Shown here in pieces: positions 9,711-19,541 of a stretch of 64,000 nucleotides of DNA. The notes under the pieces are model-generated. The model made no database searches, was not told where the DNA came from, and saw nothing but the letters and a program-made list of their open reading frames with translations. Positions within the stretch are counted from its first letter, which is position 1. Each line of letters begins with the position of its first letter. Source of the stretch: an uncultured Phycisphaerales bacterium (GTDB lineage Bacteria; Planctomycetota; Phycisphaerae; Tepidisphaerales; Tepidisphaeraceae); the NCBI GenBank assembly GCA_963758525.1, contig CAVWVQ010000003.1:704001-768000 (forward strand), written 5' to 3'. The position numbers and the translations under genes were made by a program.

Positions 9711-12005
9711 ATGCATCTCTTTGGCCTGCATATTCTCGATCTGGCGATCATCCTCGCGTCACTGGTCGCGATTCTCTGGATCGGCATCAGTGTTTCACGC
9801 ACGGTGAAGCACGAAAATGACTTTTACGTCGGCGGCCGGAAGATGGGGAGCGTCCTCCAGTTCTTCTACAACTTCGGTACGATGACCGATGCCAACGGCG
9901 CTCCGACCGTGGCGACCGAAGTCTACCGTCAGGGCGCCGCAGGGCTTTGGATTCCGTTTCAGCCGCTGTTCAACACGCCATTCTACTGGTTCAGCTACGT
10001 TTGGTGGCGGCGAACCCGCCTCATCACCGGGTCCGATCAATTTATCGAACGCTTCAATTCCAAACGGCTGGCGACGGCGTGGGCCTGGTGGGGGATCGTG
10101 ACCGTCGTGCTCAACGTCGCTCTGGGGGATATCGTCTCGTTCAAGGTAGCATCGGCGATGTTTATCAAGCCGGAGACGGCGTATTCCCAAGCGGAACGGC
10201 AATCGGTGGAAAATTTCCGTCAATATGAGCACCTCAAAACGCAATTTGCCGCCGGTCTCCTTCCAGCCTCCGATCAGCCCCAGTTTAATGTCCTGAGCAA
10301 CATGAATGCACGCGGCGAACTTGCCGGCTCCATTTCCTACCTCAAGCCCCTTCCTTTCTATATTGCTTATACGTTGGTCGTCATGAGCTATATCGTGCTC
10401 GGCGGCATCCAGGCGGCTGCCTACACCGACGCCGTGCAGGGGATCTTGATCATCATCTTTTCCTTTATCATGATCCCCGTCGGACTGGCGAAGGTCGGCG
10501 GTTTTGCCGGGTTGCACCATCGCGTTCCGCAGTACATGTTCGAAGTGTTTGGCGCGACTTCGGTCAGCGACTACGCCTGGTACTCGATCTTCGCTTATGT
10601 GCTGATGGGATTTGTGACCATTGGAACTCCGCAAACATGCGGGCCGGCACGCGATGAAAAATCGCTGCGCATCGGCGTGCTTGGCGGGGCGTTTGGCAAA
10701 CGCTTCGTCATGGTCGCCTGGATGTTCTGCGGACTGCTGGCCGTCGCGCTGCTTCCCAGAGGAGTTTCCGACCCGGATCACACCTGGGGCTTGCTCGCTC
10801 ATTCGTTGCTGGGCCCGGGATTGCTAGGATTGATGATCTCCGGCATTCTGCTGGGGCACATGCCGTCGCTCGGCTTTTTCGCCGTGACCTTCGGTGCGAT
10901 GTTTGCCCGAAACTTATACGAGCCGGCGTTCCCCGGAAGATCAGAAAAACACTATCTCCGCGTAGGGAAGATTTCCATCGTTGCGGCGCTGGGAACGGGA
11001 ATCCTGGCGGCGATGTTCTTCACCGGCATCATTCAGCTCTTCACGGTGATCGTCTCGATCAACGCCTTCTTCGGCGTCGTCGGATTGCTCATGCTCTTCT
11101 GGCGGCGCATCACGGCGCCGGCAGTCGGATGGGGCTGGGGCATTTGGATGGTGCTGCTCGTATTCCTGCCCTGGGGGCTCCCGCAGTTTCCGGCCTTCCG
11201 ACGACTCCCTTCCCTCACGCTGCAAACCCCGCAGCGCAGCGTTCTGGTCCACGTTGCGGCCACGGAGCAGGACGTGGCGATGGGCCTGGCGCCGGCGGCA
11301 GGCGACTCAATCACCAAGGCGCATTCCATCGCGCCTGTGCCACTGTTCTTCGAATCCATCGCCCGCTCTGTTCCAACCGACTTTTCCTCCCCGCTCGAAG
11401 GTTCGGGCCGATTCCATCTGGAGAACTATATTCTCTACAAGCTGGGCGTCCCCCTGGAGCATTTCGGAGCTGCGGGATTAAACACATGCCGGTGGCTGTT
11501 CGACTCCATCGGTCCCTTTGTCCTGCTGATGAGTCTCACATACCTGTTGCCGGCGCGGACACGCGCCGTTGGCGCCAAAACACAAAATCGCGCGTGGGCG
11601 CTGGTGGCGGCGGCCTCGGAAACACCTTGGGTGAATGTATCGAGCGATGAAGTTGCTCGCGATCACGGATCGCCGGAGCCTGATGCGTACGCCAAAATCG
11701 TGCTGCAGGGTAACATCTCGTTGCTCTATCGCAGGGATGAGACGGATGAACAGGCTCAGTTAAGAATCAACCGCTTCTACGCCAAGTTGAAAACCCCCGT
11801 GGAGCCGAGCCTGACGGAAGATGAGAAGCAATTGGCCAAGAGTTTCGCCCGGCCGGACCGCTTCGATCATCAAAAGCTTTTTCCCCGAACCAACTGGGAA
11901 TTTACCAAATGGTCGGCGATCGACGTCGCAGGGTTCCTCGGCTGCTGGGCACTGGTGCTCATCGTGCTCGGCGTGCTCTGGTCGGTAGTGCGGATTGGCG
12001 GATAA
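9711..12005 (+). CDS. Sodium:solute symporter family transporter
   Basis: Many hydrophobic segments; DFYVGGRKMG and YIVLGGIQAAAYTDAVQG SSS signatures. Confidence 0.9.
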   Translation: MHLFGLHILDLAIILASLVAILWIGISVSRTVKHENDFYVGGRKMGSVLQFFYNFGTMTDANGAPTVATEVYRQGAAGLWIPFQPLFNTPFYWFSYVWWRRTRLITGSDQFIERFNSKRLATAWAWWGIVTVVLNVALGDIVSFKVASAMFIKPETAYSQAERQSVENFRQYEHLKTQFAAGLLPASDQPQFNVLSNMNARGELAGSISYLKPLPFYIAYTLVVMSYIVLGGIQAAAYTDAVQGILIIIFSFIMIPVGLAKVGGFAGLHHRVPQYMFEVFGATSVSDYAWYSIFAYVLMGFVTIGTPQTCGPARDEKSLRIGVLGGAFGKRFVMVAWMFCGLLAVALLPRGVSDPDHTWGLLAHSLLGPGLLGLMISGILLGHMPSLGFFAVTFGAMFARNLYEPAFPGRSEKHYLRVGKISIVAALGTGILAAMFFTGIIQLFTVIVSINAFFGVVGLLMLFWRRITAPAVGWGWGIWMVLLVFLPWGLPQFPAFRRLPSLTLQTPQRSVLVHVAATEQDVAMGLAPAAGDSITKAHSIAPVPLFFESIARSVPTDFSSPLEGSGRFHLENYILYKLGVPLEHFGAAGLNTCRWLFDSIGPFVLLMSLTYLLPARTRAVGAKTQNRAWALVAAASETPWVNVSSDEVARDHGSPEPDAYAKIVLQGNISLLYRRDETDEQAQLRINRFYAKLKTPVEPSLTEDEKQLAKSFARPDRFDHQKLFPRTNWEFTKWSAIDVAGFLGCWALVLIVLGVLWSVVRIGG

Positions 12006-12007
12006 AA

Positions 12008-13127
12008 TGATGATGCATTCCAATGACTTGCTAACCGCCGGGTCCATCGAATCCCTTCCCCAACTGCCAGGAGAGCCGCGGACGGAGAAGGTGCGCATCG
12101 GCATTGTGGGACTGGGTTTCGGCCTGAAATACATGTCCCGGCTCGTCAAGAAGGAACTGGGGAATCTGCCGTTGGAAGTTCGCGCCGTCTGCGACACCAG
12201 CGCGCAACGGCTCCGCGTTGGAGAAGAGACGTTCAACTGCCCGGGCTACAGCAGCCTCGACGTGATGCTCGCAAACGCTGAGTTGGACGCCGTTGGGCTC
12301 TTTACCGGTCCTGCCGGTGCGCGGAAGTTGTGCGGAAAATCATCCGGGCGGGGAAACATGTGATGACCACCAAGCCGTTCGAACTTGATCCTGACGCGTG
12401 CAGGGACGTGCTGGAAGAAGCACGCCGGCTGAACCTCGCGGTGCATTTAAATTCGCCGGCCCCCACGATGCCTGTCGATATCCGGCAAATCGTCGATTGG
12501 CAGAGTGAATACCGGCTCGGAAGACCGGTCGCCGCAACCTGGCAGACCTGGTGCAGCTATCGCGAAACCCCTGACGGCTCGTGGTACGACGACCCGGCCC
12601 TCTGCCCGGCGGCACCCATTTTCCGGCTCGGAATCTATGCGATTAACGATCTGCTCTACTTTTTCAAAGATCCAGAGGAAGTGCATGTGATGCACTCTCG
12701 CATCTTTACCGGCCGTCCGACTCCCGATCAGGCGATGCTCACCATCCGATTCAGGGACGGTTCGCTGGCAAGCATCTTTGCATCTTTTGCTGTCGATAAC
12801 GCCCATCCGTATGCTGACCGGCTGGTGGTCAATTTCGAGCGGGGAGCGGTGTTCCGCAACGCCGGGGTGCGCGCATCGCGTAATCGAATCGATCTGGCGC
12901 TCACCGCAGCGGCCGGGGACGATGGGAAGCCGATCGTGGCCGAGGCCAAGGGGTTTTCGCCCGAGCAATGCGGCGGACACTTTTCATACCAGTGGGACCT
13001 GTTCTGCAAGACCGTGCGACGCGAGCCGACGCCCAAAACTGACCCCTCCGAACATATTGTCCAGGGAATTCGCATCATTGCCGCGATGAGCCGCTCCGAA
13101 CAGTCCGGGAAACCGGAGCGAGTCTAA
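12008..13127 (+). CDS. Gfo/Idh/MocA oxidoreductase, frameshifted near 12325
   Basis: RIGIVGLGFG Rossmann motif in the first frame; AGKHVMTTKPF in the second frame. Confidence 0.85.
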
Positions 13128-13214
13128 GGTCTATTTTTCCATCTTTCCGCTCGTTATGATACCGTGCCGTGGCTACAATTGACCTCGCTCCGACAACTTT
13201 AGAGCCTGTGCCCT

Positions 13215-14240
13215 ATGTCAATCCTCGAGGTATCCAAGGCGGCGGGTGTCTCCATTGCGACGGTGTCCCGCGTCATTAACAAAAATCCGCAGGTTTCACC
13301 GGGATCCGTCGAGGCCGTTCGCAAGGCAATGGAGCGAATCGGCTATACACCCCCCCCGCCCAATCAGCGCTATCGCGGAAGGCCGCGAAAGGATGTTGCC
13401 CGCAGCGGCGTGCAACATGGAAATATTGCGGTCCTGTTTCCCGATCATCGGCACCAGGCGATGCAAACCGCCCTGTCGGGCCGTCTGATGCACGGCGTGA
13501 CTGAGATATTGATTCCCCGTCACCTGAACATGCTGGCAACGATCCTGCAGGCGGACGGCGAGGTGCCCTTATGCATCGCTCGCAAACAGGTGGACGGCGT
13601 GATCGTGCGCGGCTCCGTGGATGTCACATCGCTGGTTCCCAAACTCGCGAACATTCCCCGGGTCTGGCTGCTGGAACTGCCAGATGTTCCGGCGGTGGGC
13701 GATCAGGTATTTGAAGATTCCACCGCCATCGGGCGCTCGGCAGCCCGATATTTAATCGGCCACGGTCATCGGCATTTGGCCGTTATCAATCCGGACCCCA
13801 ACCATCCCTGTTACAGCCCGCGCGCTGACGCATTCGCACAGGAGGCGCGACGCAGCGGCGTCAGTGTCGAAATGATTCTCGGGCTTACCCCTGAAGAGGC
13901 GGTGGCGCGAACGCTGGACCTCCAGCCGCGACCGGACGGGCTTTTCCTCCCGGTACCCGACCCTGACTTGATCCCCGTCTATCGCGCGCTCGTGGCACAC
14001 GGGGTACAACCCGGAAAAGATATTGGTTGGATCGGCTGCAGCTATGACCCCGCCCGCCTGGCCGCATTGGATCCCAGTCTTCCCAATATCGATATTCGCG
14101 CCGAAGAAATTGCCCGCGTCGGCGCCGAAATGCTTCTCTGGCGTCTTGGTCATCCAAGCGAGCCGCAGCGTCGCCTGATGATCGCTCCACAAATCGTGGA
14201 ACATGCCAGCGCTCCGCACGCGGATGATTCCCACGTCTGA
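13215..14240 (+). CDS. LacI family transcriptional regulator
   Basis: SILEVSKAAGVSIATVSRVIN HTH followed by a sugar-binding-like domain. Confidence 0.93.
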   Translation: MSILEVSKAAGVSIATVSRVINKNPQVSPGSVEAVRKAMERIGYTPPPPNQRYRGRPRKDVARSGVQHGNIAVLFPDHRHQAMQTALSGRLMHGVTEILIPRHLNMLATILQADGEVPLCIARKQVDGVIVRGSVDVTSLVPKLANIPRVWLLELPDVPAVGDQVFEDSTAIGRSAARYLIGHGHRHLAVINPDPNHPCYSPRADAFAQEARRSGVSVEMILGLTPEEAVARTLDLQPRPDGLFLPVPDPDLIPVYRALVAHGVQPGKDIGWIGCSYDPARLAALDPSLPNIDIRAEEIARVGAEMLLWRLGHPSEPQRRLMIAPQIVEHASAPHADDSHV

Positions 14241-14273
14241 TGCCCAATCGATTTCAAACCTCGTGAGCGGGGC

Positions 14274-16144
14274 ATGCGAGATATCTCTTCGTTAAGAGCG
14301 ACATTCCTCGCATTATTCGTCTTCGCCTTTGCACATCAGGCACTGGCGGTCGAGCTGTACGTTGCGCCCGATGGCAACGACCTCAATGCCGGCACTGCCG
14401 GTGCGCCTCTTGCGCATCTTGAACGGGCTCGCGACATGATTCGTGAAATGAAGCGCCTCCATGGGCTGCCGGCCGGCGGCGTGAAGGTGGTGCTGCATGC
14501 GGGGATCTATTATTTGCAAGGCCCTCTGGTTTTTGAGCCCCAGGACTCCGGATCCGCACCGGCACCGATCGTGTACACAGCCGATGAGAATGCGAACGTC
14601 GTGCTCAGCGGAGGAAGGCCCATCCACGGATGGACAAAGGCCAGGGACAACCTCTGGACTGTTGAGCTGCCGGAGGTGAAGGCGGGGAAGTGGTATTTCC
14701 GCCAGCTTTTCGGCAACGATCAGCGGCTCCAACGCGCCCGCATTCCCGACAAGGGCTTCCTCTATACGCAGGGATCGCTATCGGAATACGCCCCTCTGAT
14801 CAGGCTGCGGGATTTCGCGGGGATCAAGAAGCTGCGCCCGATACATCCCGACGCATACTGCGGCTTCAACTTCGCGCCCGGCGATATCCAGGCATGGGAG
14901 GACATTGACGACGCGGAATTCATTACGTTCCACAGTTGGGAATGCTCCTGGCAGACTGTCCGACGAGTCGACGAAGCAAAACACGATGTGCTTTTCAATT
15001 CGCCGTGCCGCTATCCCGTCGGCAGCTTCACGCCTCATTGCCCGTATCGGATTGAGAACGTCCGGGAAGGTCTGACTCAGCCGGGCGAATGGCAGTTGGA
15101 TCGAAAGACCGGCGTGCTGTCGTATCTTGCCCGGGATGGCGAAGACCCTCATTCGATGCAGATCATCGCACCTGTCCTCGACACCCTCGTTGCGTTCCGG
15201 GGGGACTATCGTGCCCGCAAATATGTCGACTACATCACGCTGCGCGGAATGACCTTCAGCGACGCGAGCTACCCGATGGGCATTTACGACATCGCCCCGG
15301 ACTGGCCGGCGCCGATGCTGAATGTGGATCCAAGCTTCCCCAGGAAGTTCCAACCCGGATATTCCGATGCCCAGGGAGCGCCGCTGTGCGGCCAGGCGAT
15401 CGAAATGAACAGCGCCCGATGGTGCGTCTGGAGCATTGCGAATTGAAGCACCTCGGAGCGTATGGAATCGGCATTTTCGTGGGGTCGAGCAACGACCGCG
15501 TCACCGGCTGCTACATCCACGATGCCGGCGGAGGCGGGATTTTAATCCGGTATCCCAGCCGCACCATAAACGGGTTGGACAAGGCCGATGCGCCGCACGA
15601 CAACCTCGTCGAGAATAATACCATACGCCATATCAGCATGGTTCATCCGTCGGCGGTAGGGATCATGGTCGGCCAATCGTACGCTAACAAGATTTCGCAC
15701 AATGAGATTTCCGATGTCGGCTACGCCGGGATTCATCTCGGCTGGACCTGGGGCCGTGAACCCAATTACACCCGCGATAATCTGATTGAGGCAAACGATG
15801 TTCACGACGTGATGCGCGATGTGGTGGATGCCGCGGGAATCTACTCGCTCGGGATCGAAACCGGCACCGTCTACCTGGCAAACTACGTGCATGACATCCA
15901 CCGCGTAAAGATTGCCGGCGGCCCCTCGTGTGGGTTCTACTTCGACGAAGGCAGCCGCGACATCCATGTCGAGCGAAACGTCGTCCGAAATGTTCCGAAG
16001 ATTCTCAATTTCAACCAGTGCAAAGAAAAGGAGATGACATGGAAAGACAATTATTTGACCGCGGCGGATAACCAAGGCGCCCAGAATCCGGAAATCGAAG
16101 GAATCATCCACGACGCCGGTCCGCAAGCGCCATACCGGCGATAG
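14274..16144 (+). CDS. Secreted right-handed parallel beta-helix protein (GH141-like), frameshifted near 15420
   Basis: LYVAPDGNDLNAGT, FRQLF, LTQPGEW, then YAGIHLGWTWG, DAAGIYSLG and FYFDEGS in the second frame. Confidence 0.8.
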
Positions 16145-16233
16145 CGAAGGAAGATGCGGACCAATGCAACATGCCTCCGCCCCGCGCAATCGCGTATTTC
16201 ATTTGCCCACCGTTCCCGAAACGCAAGCCGCTC

Positions 16234-17424
16234 ATGGAAGCTCAGCAATTAGAGATCTCGCCGGCGCTCATCAATGAGATGTTTGCCGACGTCCGCCTGC
16301 GCGTTTCCTCGAGCGGTGCAGGCCCCGTGGAAGTCAGTTGCGGGATTTTTGAACTCGGCTATGACAATACAATTCCTCAATCGCCACTCGCCAAGGCATG
16401 TACCTTCCTGCACGGCAATGAAGATGTCGACTGTAGCCGTCAGGCACCCGTCTTGAACCTTGTCGAACGATGCTCGCGGAACGCATCGACGACCGATTCA
16501 GTCCGTACGCATGCCGAGGCCAACGCCATCCCCATTCAGTTGAATCTACGAATCGGCACGCCGATGTTCTGGACTCCTCAGTTGCCCCACCGTTACACGG
16601 CTCTGATCTCAATCAAGTTTGCACGCCGTCAACCCGACCGATGCGAAATCATTTTCGGCATCGGCAGAGATGGAAACCTTTGCGTCATCGAGCGCCCCTC
16701 CTTGCCCCGCCAACTGCCCCCTTCGCCCGACCCCTCTCTGAGTTCGATTTTCATCATCGGCGACTCGACCGCGGCCAGTAATGAAATAAATCAACTCGGC
16801 TGGGGAGACCCGTTGCGCACGTTCTTCGAAAGCGGCAAGATCAACGTGCTGAATCGCGCCCGCGCCGGCCGAAGCACCCGCTCGTTCATCCGCGAAGGCC
16901 TTTGGCGCGACACTTTGGATGAAATGCATCGTGGTGACATCGTGCTGATCCAGTTCGGCCACAATGACGCCGACCACCTGGACCAGGGCCGTTGCCGCGG
17001 CGTGTTGCCTGGGATCGGTGACGAGACCCGTGAAGTGGCCGTCTCCGGTGGAGAATTCGAAACGGTGAATACCTTCGGCTGGTACTTGCGTCAGATGCTC
17101 GCCGACGTACGAAGAAAAGGCGGCCATCCTATCCTTCTTTCTCCCACCGCGAAGAACCTATGGAACGACGGTAGCCTTCACCCCGACCAGGGTCCCCACG
17201 GCAACTGGAGCGCACAGGTTGCCAGTTCAGGGCAGACCCCGTTTATCAACGCGGGCGCATTGATCGCCTCGCAATACAACGCCCTGGGGCCGGAGCGAGT
17301 CTCATCGCTTTTCTGCAACACCGCCGATACCGTGCATACCAGTCCGGCAGGCGCTCGTCTCAATGCCGGCGTTGTTGCTTCAGCCTTGAGAGCGATCCCA
17401 AATCTGCCCGGCTGGTGCTATTAA
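16234..17424 (+). CDS. Rhamnogalacturonan acetylesterase (CE12, SGNH) with N-terminal extension
   Basis: IIGDST, NRARAGRSTRSF, IQFGHND, DTVHTSPAGA. Confidence 0.85.
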   Translation: MEAQQLEISPALINEMFADVRLRVSSSGAGPVEVSCGIFELGYDNTIPQSPLAKACTFLHGNEDVDCSRQAPVLNLVERCSRNASTTDSVRTHAEANAIPIQLNLRIGTPMFWTPQLPHRYTALISIKFARRQPDRCEIIFGIGRDGNLCVIERPSLPRQLPPSPDPSLSSIFIIGDSTAASNEINQLGWGDPLRTFFESGKINVLNRARAGRSTRSFIREGLWRDTLDEMHRGDIVLIQFGHNDADHLDQGRCRGVLPGIGDETREVAVSGGEFETVNTFGWYLRQMLADVRRKGGHPILLSPTAKNLWNDGSLHPDQGPHGNWSAQVASSGQTPFINAGALIASQYNALGPERVSSLFCNTADTVHTSPAGARLNAGVVASALRAIPNLPGWCY

Positions 17425-17547
17425 TTTAACGCACGACTACTTTGAGCACGTTTGTCCGGCCGCCTGATTCTGCCGGCCGATCTCATCGCGAATTAATTCG
17501 CAACCTTGGTGACGCGAGAAGAGACGTCTATCTTCCAATTGACGAAG

Positions 17548-19440
17548 TCATAGGTTCGAATCGAAGACCACCAGCGGTCCTTCCGGAGTTTTCTGCCAGG
17601 TCCATGGGCTTTCCGAAACCGGCCAAGTTTTGTAGTCGACCACTTTTCCGTCGATCAGGTCCGGCCCGTCAAAGGTGCATTGAAGCGTAGCGTTGAGACG
17701 GTTGCAGTAGATCGCCGCGGCGGGATTTTGCCCCTGCAGTTTGAGCGAACTCCTGGCGATCAGCGTCTGGCGGAACTGGGCCAACTGTTCCGCCGCAGTA
17801 GCGCCGGGAAAATCTGCCGGCGGTGCCGTCTCGATGGCGATCGCGGACGCCGATGATTTCACGCGAAATTCCGAATCGCCCGGGCGCGGCTTGGATGCCG
17901 GGGCGTAAATTCCGCCTGATGGGTTCCACTTGAACGGCTGCGACGCGGTGACGGCGACGAGCGCGCTGCCGTAGTTCAGGTAAATCCGGCCGGTGGTTTC
18001 GCTCTCGTTGATCATCGCCAGATATCCGCCGGGGACATAACCCAGCGCATAGGGAAATCTGGCGTTGGGCCCGATTTGGAAGACGAAAAGCAGGCTGTCG
18101 CGACCGAGGATCTCCTGCTCGAACGAATCGACGCCGTGCGTGTGGATGCCCATGTTATTCGGCTCGTCCTCCGAGGGATTAGTAATCCAGAGATGGCTCC
18201 CCTTGCTCGTGTCCGGCTGGTCAAACATCACGCCGCACGGGTAGCTCTGCCCCTGAAAGGGTCTGCCCCCGGCTTTGGCCGAGCGGGAGAAGAGGGCGTA
18301 GGAGCGGTTGACGTAGTGGTTCAGCGCCCAGCCATCGATGAGGGCGCGATAAAAGTAGGCAGTGGAGCGGTCGGTGGCCGCGTGCACGATGACATCGGGA
18401 ATTCGGAAGTTGCTCACCGCCGGCTCGGCGGCGGCCTTGGCGTGTGTCAGAAGCGGAGCCACGCCGCCGAAGTAGAGCCAGGGAATTGTCGCCACGCCCC
18501 ACGGTTGCTGGCACTCGGTGTCCGGATACGAACGCGGCGCGAACGTCGCCAGATTCCCGCGCTGCCATGCCGGCGCCAACTGCACGAGGCATACCTCGAA
18601 GGCGATTCGCGCCTGCGCCGCCATCGTGGGATCCCTGGCACAATCGGCCAGCGTGAGGAGGGGGAGGATGTTTTGCGCGCCGTAGGGCCGGGACGCGAAT
18701 TCGCCGGGACCACCTCTGACGGTGGAGGCGATGATGCTTTGCAGATATTTCTCGCCGGCGGGGTCGCCCCTGGCGAACGAAGTTCCCCAGACTTGGCCGG
18801 GGGCGTTGAGCTTCGCCGTCATCTGCATGATGTAGGGATCTTTGGTGGTGAAGTACGGATCGGCATGGAAGGCGTCGGGGCCCCAAACCTGCGTCGCCAG
18901 ATACCGTTCCATGGCAGCCATGATCTTGTGGTTGCTCGTGGAGAGCCGGGCGTAGAATACGCCTCCCGTGTAAATCTTGCGGTAGCGTTCTTTGGTCTGC
19001 GGATCGAGGAATTTTTCGAAACGGATGTAGCAGTCGATGCCCGGCCATGCAAAAAATCCGGTATTGCCGCCGTGCATCCAGCGATTGATCCTGTTTCCCG
19101 GCACCAGGGGATCCAGTCCCTTATTCACCTCAGCCAATCCCTCTGTTGTGCGCCCCAGAGCGAAGAGACACTCCGCCCGCATGAAGTGATCGCTTCCACC
19201 GGCAGCAAAGGTGTTAAGGACCGCCTGCCTCCGTTCATCGAAGCTTTCCATGGCCGGGTTGGATGGGATAGCAGACGCCTGCGTTGTCGTTGGCGTCGCG
19301 ACCGGCTGCGAAGTGGGTTCGCCGGGTGATTCATCTTTGGTGTGATCCTCGTCCCCCGCCCAAGTCGGCCGAGCGATCAAAAGCGTCATGCCCATAAGCA
19401 GAATGAACGAGCAAGCGGGAGAGGAAGAAGTGCGCCTCAT
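17548..19440 (-). CDS. Secreted hypothetical protein (possible carbohydrate-active enzyme)
   Basis: Signal peptide, TSQP/TTTQ linker and a long ORF inside the sugar locus. No family confidently recognised. Confidence 0.65.
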   Translation of the reverse strand: MRRTSSSPACSFILLMGMTLLIARPTWAGDEDHTKDESPGEPTSQPVATPTTTQASAIPSNPAMESFDERRQAVLNTFAAGGSDHFMRAECLFALGRTTEGLAEVNKGLDPLVPGNRINRWMHGGNTGFFAWPGIDCYIRFEKFLDPQTKERYRKIYTGGVFYARLSTSNHKIMAAMERYLATQVWGPDAFHADPYFTTKDPYIMQMTAKLNAPGQVWGTSFARGDPAGEKYLQSIIASTVRGGPGEFASRPYGAQNILPLLTLADCARDPTMAAQARIAFEVCLVQLAPAWQRGNLATFAPRSYPDTECQQPWGVATIPWLYFGGVAPLLTHAKAAAEPAVSNFRIPDVIVHAATDRSTAYFYRALIDGWALNHYVNRSYALFSRSAKAGGRPFQGQSYPCGVMFDQPDTSKGSHLWITNPSEDEPNNMGIHTHGVDSFEQEILGRDSLLFVFQIGPNARFPYALGYVPGGYLAMINESETTGRIYLNYGSALVAVTASQPFKWNPSGGIYAPASKPRPGDSEFRVKSSASAIAIETAPPADFPGATAAEQLAQFRQTLIARSSLKLQGQNPAAAIYCNRLNATLQCTFDGPDLIDGKVVDYKTWPVSESPWTWQKTPEGPLVVFDSNL

Positions 19441-19541
19441 GATGCGATGATTGCTTGAAACGGGCATTCGCCGGTAAACAGCCGGCAACAGCAAACCCAC
19501 GGCGCCGGGAAGGAAGCGCTGAGCCACCTCATGCCGGCTCC

